64,000 nucleotides of DNA from a virus, in IMG/VR virus record IMGVR_UViG_3300045988_092861, positions 1 to 64,000 of that record; one strand, given 5' to 3'. Positions 61,184 to 64,000 of the stretch are shown here, in pieces. The translations under genes and the position numbers were made by a program. The stretch's first letter is position 1; each line of letters opens with the position of its first letter. The notes under the pieces were generated by a model. The model searched no databases. It saw only the letters and a list, made by a program, of their open reading frames with translations, and was not told where the DNA came from.

Positions 61184-61354
61184 ATGATAAAGTTAGGAAC
61201 TAAAGACATCTCTGCTATCAGGTTAGGAAATAATGTGATTTCGGCAGTTTATAAGGGAAGTGTTCTTATATGGCAAGCTATCAGAAGCTGTTTCGGCAGC
61301 GGATGGTGGGTAAATGAGAAACCTTGGATTAATGATGAAACTTGGAAAAATTAA
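61184..61354 (+). CDS. Hypothetical 56-aa protein
   Basis: Translated by hand. 2 nt after the upstream stop. Confidence 0.3.
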   Translation: MIKLGTKDISAIRLGNNVISAVYKGSVLIWQAIRSCFGSGWWVNEKPWINDETWKN

Positions 61355-61361
61355 TTAAGAT

Positions 61362-64000
61362 ATGGCAACAGAAAAAATAGACAAGGAAATAACTGACCTC
61401 AAGACCGATTGGGGAGGTTACTTGGGTAAATGGGTACAGAAGCTCATCAAGGATAACTTGATTTCCTTAAAAGATGGGAAGTTCGGTTACATTGACCAAG
61501 AGGTAGTACCTGAGGGAAACAACTCTCACATCTATTGGAGGTTCTTCTCAGATGAGGATAGCTATCGTCAGTGGTATAAAGATAAGGAGACTTATGCCAA
61601 TAACGTCAAACAGTCGTATGATTTTATTACGGCGAAGGCTGAACTCCAGTATATTCTGAGAACTTCTATCACAAAGAGACCTAATGATGTTATCGTAAAG
61701 GGGACAGAGTGTGTTGTGACCATCAATTACAATAGCTACTACGGAGAACCAAGCGAAAAGGATGATACAAGTGGAACTCTTGTAGTATCAGTAAATGGTG
61801 TTGATATTCCAGAATTGAAACAGACACTTGAAGCTTCTGGCACGGCAACTGGCAACAATTACAATGTTGACCTGACCAACTATCTTGTGTCAGAAACGAA
61901 TACTGTAAAGATTACTGTGTCTAATACACATGGTCAAAGCAGAACTTTCTCTCTCAGCATCAGAACGGTATCTATCAACCTCTCTTTTGATGCCAGTTAT
62001 GTAGAGACTTCCGTAAGGGATGGAAAGTGGTCTTTGCGTGTGAATTGCCAAGGTGCGAATGCTACAGTCTATTGCAAGGTAAGCAATGGCAATGGTAGTG
62101 AAACCATGACCAAAACCATCAATAACTCATCAGGCGAATTTATCATTGACTCAAAAGGTACTTATGCCGCCGGCAAGCATGAAATTGAAGTATGGGCAGT
62201 CAATTCAGAGTATGGTATTACAACAGAAAAGATAAGAACTTCCTATATCAAGAAGGGTAATGTCTCTGCTATTGCCATAGGAAAAGATGCTCCTGTATCT
62301 GCTACTCAGTATTCAACAATCCAAGTACCTTATTATTTCTACCTTCCTGACAATGAGATTGGCTCACAGGTTGCAATCGAAATTAAGGTATTGTATAATA
62401 ACAATACGGAGGAGCTTGTTCTGACAGACCAGTTATGCACCATAGATGATAATCATACATCAGGAGAGACCCCTTTGAAGGCTACTGTACCATTGGATTT
62501 AAATGACTATGCTCCAAAAATTAGTGTAGTAATATCCATTGGTGATGTGAGTGTAACCCACGATGTAACCATCAAGGGTGCAGGAGTTACCTTGCAGCCA
62601 GTCAGTGAATGCAAGGTATATTACTCCATGAAGGGTAAGACAAACTCCGATAAGGGTATTGAGAACTTGGAGAGTTATTACGAAGGAGTAAGAACTTCCT
62701 ATTTGGAGCGTTCTGCCAACTTCAAGTTGAATGCCTATAATGGATTCCTGGATGGTAAGGGTATGACCATCGGAGCTGGCAAATCTGTTACACTGAAAGA
62801 CTGGCAACCTTTCGCAGAGAATTTCGGTGTGAGTGGAAGTAAGAAGGGAAGAACCATTGAGATTGAGTTTGAGACAGGTATCTGTTCTGATGAGAATGCA
62901 GTTATCGTAGATTGCATGGATGATACAACAGGTTTCCGCATATACGCAAATAGAATCGAGGTAAAATGTTCTACTGATAGTGTAATGACTTATTATCCTG
63001 AGACCAAGAGAATGAAATTCTCTTTGTCTATTGATGGAACTACTACTCATACGGTCAATAATCTTGGTGGTGGTGATGCAACAGAGAAGGACGTGAACTT
63101 GGCTTATCTGTGTATCAATGGTGTATGTGTAAGAATGTTCGATTATTCTAACGCAAACTGGAAGCAGGGAACACCAAAGGATATAGTCATAGGTTCTGAT
63201 ATGGCACAGGTCATCCTCTATTCTATAAGAGGATATGAGAAATCCATCAACCCTTATCAAGCCTTGGATAATTTTGCTTACGACACACCAGATGTTAATG
63301 ATGTGTATGATAGCAACGGAATCTTTGACCACTACGGAAAGATTAACCTCGCCAAGCGCAACGATATTCTCAACAGCAGTGGCAATATCCATAACCCTGA
63401 TGAAATTATATCCTATGAGAAGGTGAAAAAGGCATTACCTCAATCTCCTATCATCGTATGGAATATCGACAACTTGCCTTACAATAAGAACAATGATGAT
63501 GTTCCTATCAACGGTACGACCTTTGAGAATCCACTTTGGAACAAGGCTACAGATGGTTGGGCGCAAGCTCCATTCACCGTAGGCGCGCACATGTTTAATG
63601 CCGATGGTACCTCATCAAATGGTTACCCTCTACCATACAAGAACTTTGCTGAGATATTAGAAACTGGCAATGGCGAGTCTGTAAATATTACCGTAGGATT
63701 GGTTGGCGAAACAGAGAACCATACACTTTACTCCATTACTGTCGGTGTGGAGACTGGTGAGAAGGAAATGGTTCACAAGGTAAACTTTGCTTCATCTGAA
63801 GGTATCTTCAATATTCATGCCATGAATATGTACCAGCAGATACTTCTTGCTTGTGCTAAAGGTAATGATTCTCTCTATACTGCTTATCAGAAAGAACAGG
63901 CAGATTTAGGTAAGGCTGTAACATACAGGAAGTCACTTAGTGGATTCCCTGAGATAGGATTCCGAAGAACCTCAACAAGTGGAACTGCTGCACCTACCTT
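61362..64000 (+). CDS. Large tail fibre/receptor-binding-type structural protein, 3'-truncated by the window
   Basis: I read this frame codon by codon from ATG 61362 to base 64000 (879 codons) and found no stop. It is absent from the track because no stop lies inside the window. Track ORF 62499-63392 (-) is its shadow. Confidence 0.6.
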   Translation, partial: MATEKIDKEITDLKTDWGGYLGKWVQKLIKDNLISLKDGKFGYIDQEVVPEGNNSHIYWRFFSDEDSYRQWYKDKETYANNVKQSYDFITAKAELQYILRTSITKRPNDVIVKGTECVVTINYNSYYGEPSEKDDTSGTLVVSVNGVDIPELKQTLEASGTATGNNYNVDLTNYLVSETNTVKITVSNTHGQSRTFSLSIRTVSINLSFDASYVETSVRDGKWSLRVNCQGANATVYCKVSNGNGSETMTKTINNSSGEFIIDSKGTYAAGKHEIEVWAVNSEYGITTEKIRTSYIKKGNVSAIAIGKDAPVSATQYSTIQVPYYFYLPDNEIGSQVAIEIKVLYNNNTEELVLTDQLCTIDDNHTSGETPLKATVPLDLNDYAPKISVVISIGDVSVTHDVTIKGAGVTLQPVSECKVYYSMKGKTNSDKGIENLESYYEGVRTSYLERSANFKLNAYNGFLDGKGMTIGAGKSVTLKDWQPFAENFGVSGSKKGRTIEIEFETGICSDENAVIVDCMDDTTGFRIYANRIEVKCSTDSVMTYYPETKRMKFSLSIDGTTTHTVNNLGGGDATEKDVNLAYLCINGVCVRMFDYSNANWKQGTPKDIVIGSDMAQVILYSIRGYEKSINPYQALDNFAYDTPDVNDVYDSNGIFDHYGKINLAKRNDILNSSGNIHNPDEIISYEKVKKALPQSPIIVWNIDNLPYNKNNDDVPINGTTFENPLWNKATDGWAQAPFTVGAHMFNADGTSSNGYPLPYKNFAEILETGNGESVNITVGLVGETENHTLYSITVGVETGEKEMVHKVNFASSEGIFNIHAMNMYQQILLACAKGNDSLYTAYQKEQADLGKAVTYRKSLSGFPEIGFRRTSTSGTAAPT

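Larger units (their letters stand above)
1..64000. mobile_element. Temperate siphovirus-like (pro)phage, Bacteroidota host. The window runs from the att remnant into the tail-fibre genes and does not reach the right end.
   Basis: att-type tRNA fragment, lysogeny switch, replication, terminase, portal, capsid, tape-measure and tail genes are all present. Eleven promoters match TTTG-N19-20-TAnnTTTG. Confidence 0.9.

Noticed and set aside
1-64000. Searched for integrase, lysis cassette, CRISPR array, reverse transcriptase (retron/DGR) and toxin-antitoxin pairs.
   Set aside because: No recombinase, endolysin/holin, repeat-spacer array or RT-like motif (YxDD) was recognisable in any listed ORF. 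The lysis and integrase genes are probably beyond the right end.

Overview
The window is most of a temperate, siphovirus-like (pro)phage of a Bacteroidota host. The host call rests on 13 predicted promoters (11 fit the Bacteroides TTTG-N19-20-TAnnTTTG consensus, 2 have only the -7 box) and on PcfJ/PcfK-like genes. Gene order, left to right:
- 1-60: att-type 3' fragment of tRNA-Ser(GGA).
- 0.3-2.0 kb: lysogeny switch (Xis-like, CI-like, XRE, Cro-like and LuxR-type regulators).
- 2.0-10.5 kb: recombination and replication (Sak4-like ATPase, PD-(D/E)XK exonuclease, NinB-like, SF2 helicase, NinG, initiator with internal iterons, DnaC-like loader, DnaB).
- 10.6-15.9 kb: small accessory genes plus PcfK/PcfJ.
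- 16.1-22.4 kb: nine-gene DNA-modification-like island (three methyltransferase folds, one GT-A-like protein, a DndC/IbrA-type PP-loop enzyme, four ParB/Srx paralogs).
- 22.4-24.4 kb: terminase small and large subunits.
- 24.6-29.3 kb: accessory genes, ATP-dependent DNA ligase, a membrane/lipoprotein moron and an antirepressor-like gene.
- 29.5-32.7 kb: portal and MuF genes inverted on the minus strand. The MuF protein carries a toxin-like C-terminal extension.
- 32.9-44.8 kb: about 12 kb of small genes, including two DUF2829/Tad2-like proteins, DnaQ-like exonuclease, GNAT, YopX, ASCH-like, and a Pfs (MTA/SAH nucleosidase)-LuxS pair.
- 45-64 kb: scaffold, decoration-like, capsid, connectors, major tail, a tRNA-like gene with an aberrant anticodon loop, tape measure, and tail/baseplate/fibre genes. 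The last ORF (61362->) runs off the window and is absent from the supplied track.

No integrase, lysis genes, CRISPR array or rRNA were seen. The best candidate for something new is the 16.1-22.4 kb island, possibly supported metabolically by Pfs-LuxS. Other leads are the MuF-toxin fusion with an adjacent promoter-driven structured RNA, SSB-tail mimicry in three replication/recombination proteins, near-identical promoter-leader cassettes, and the aberrant tRNA-like gene. All family names come from motif recognition by eye and none was confirmed by a database search.
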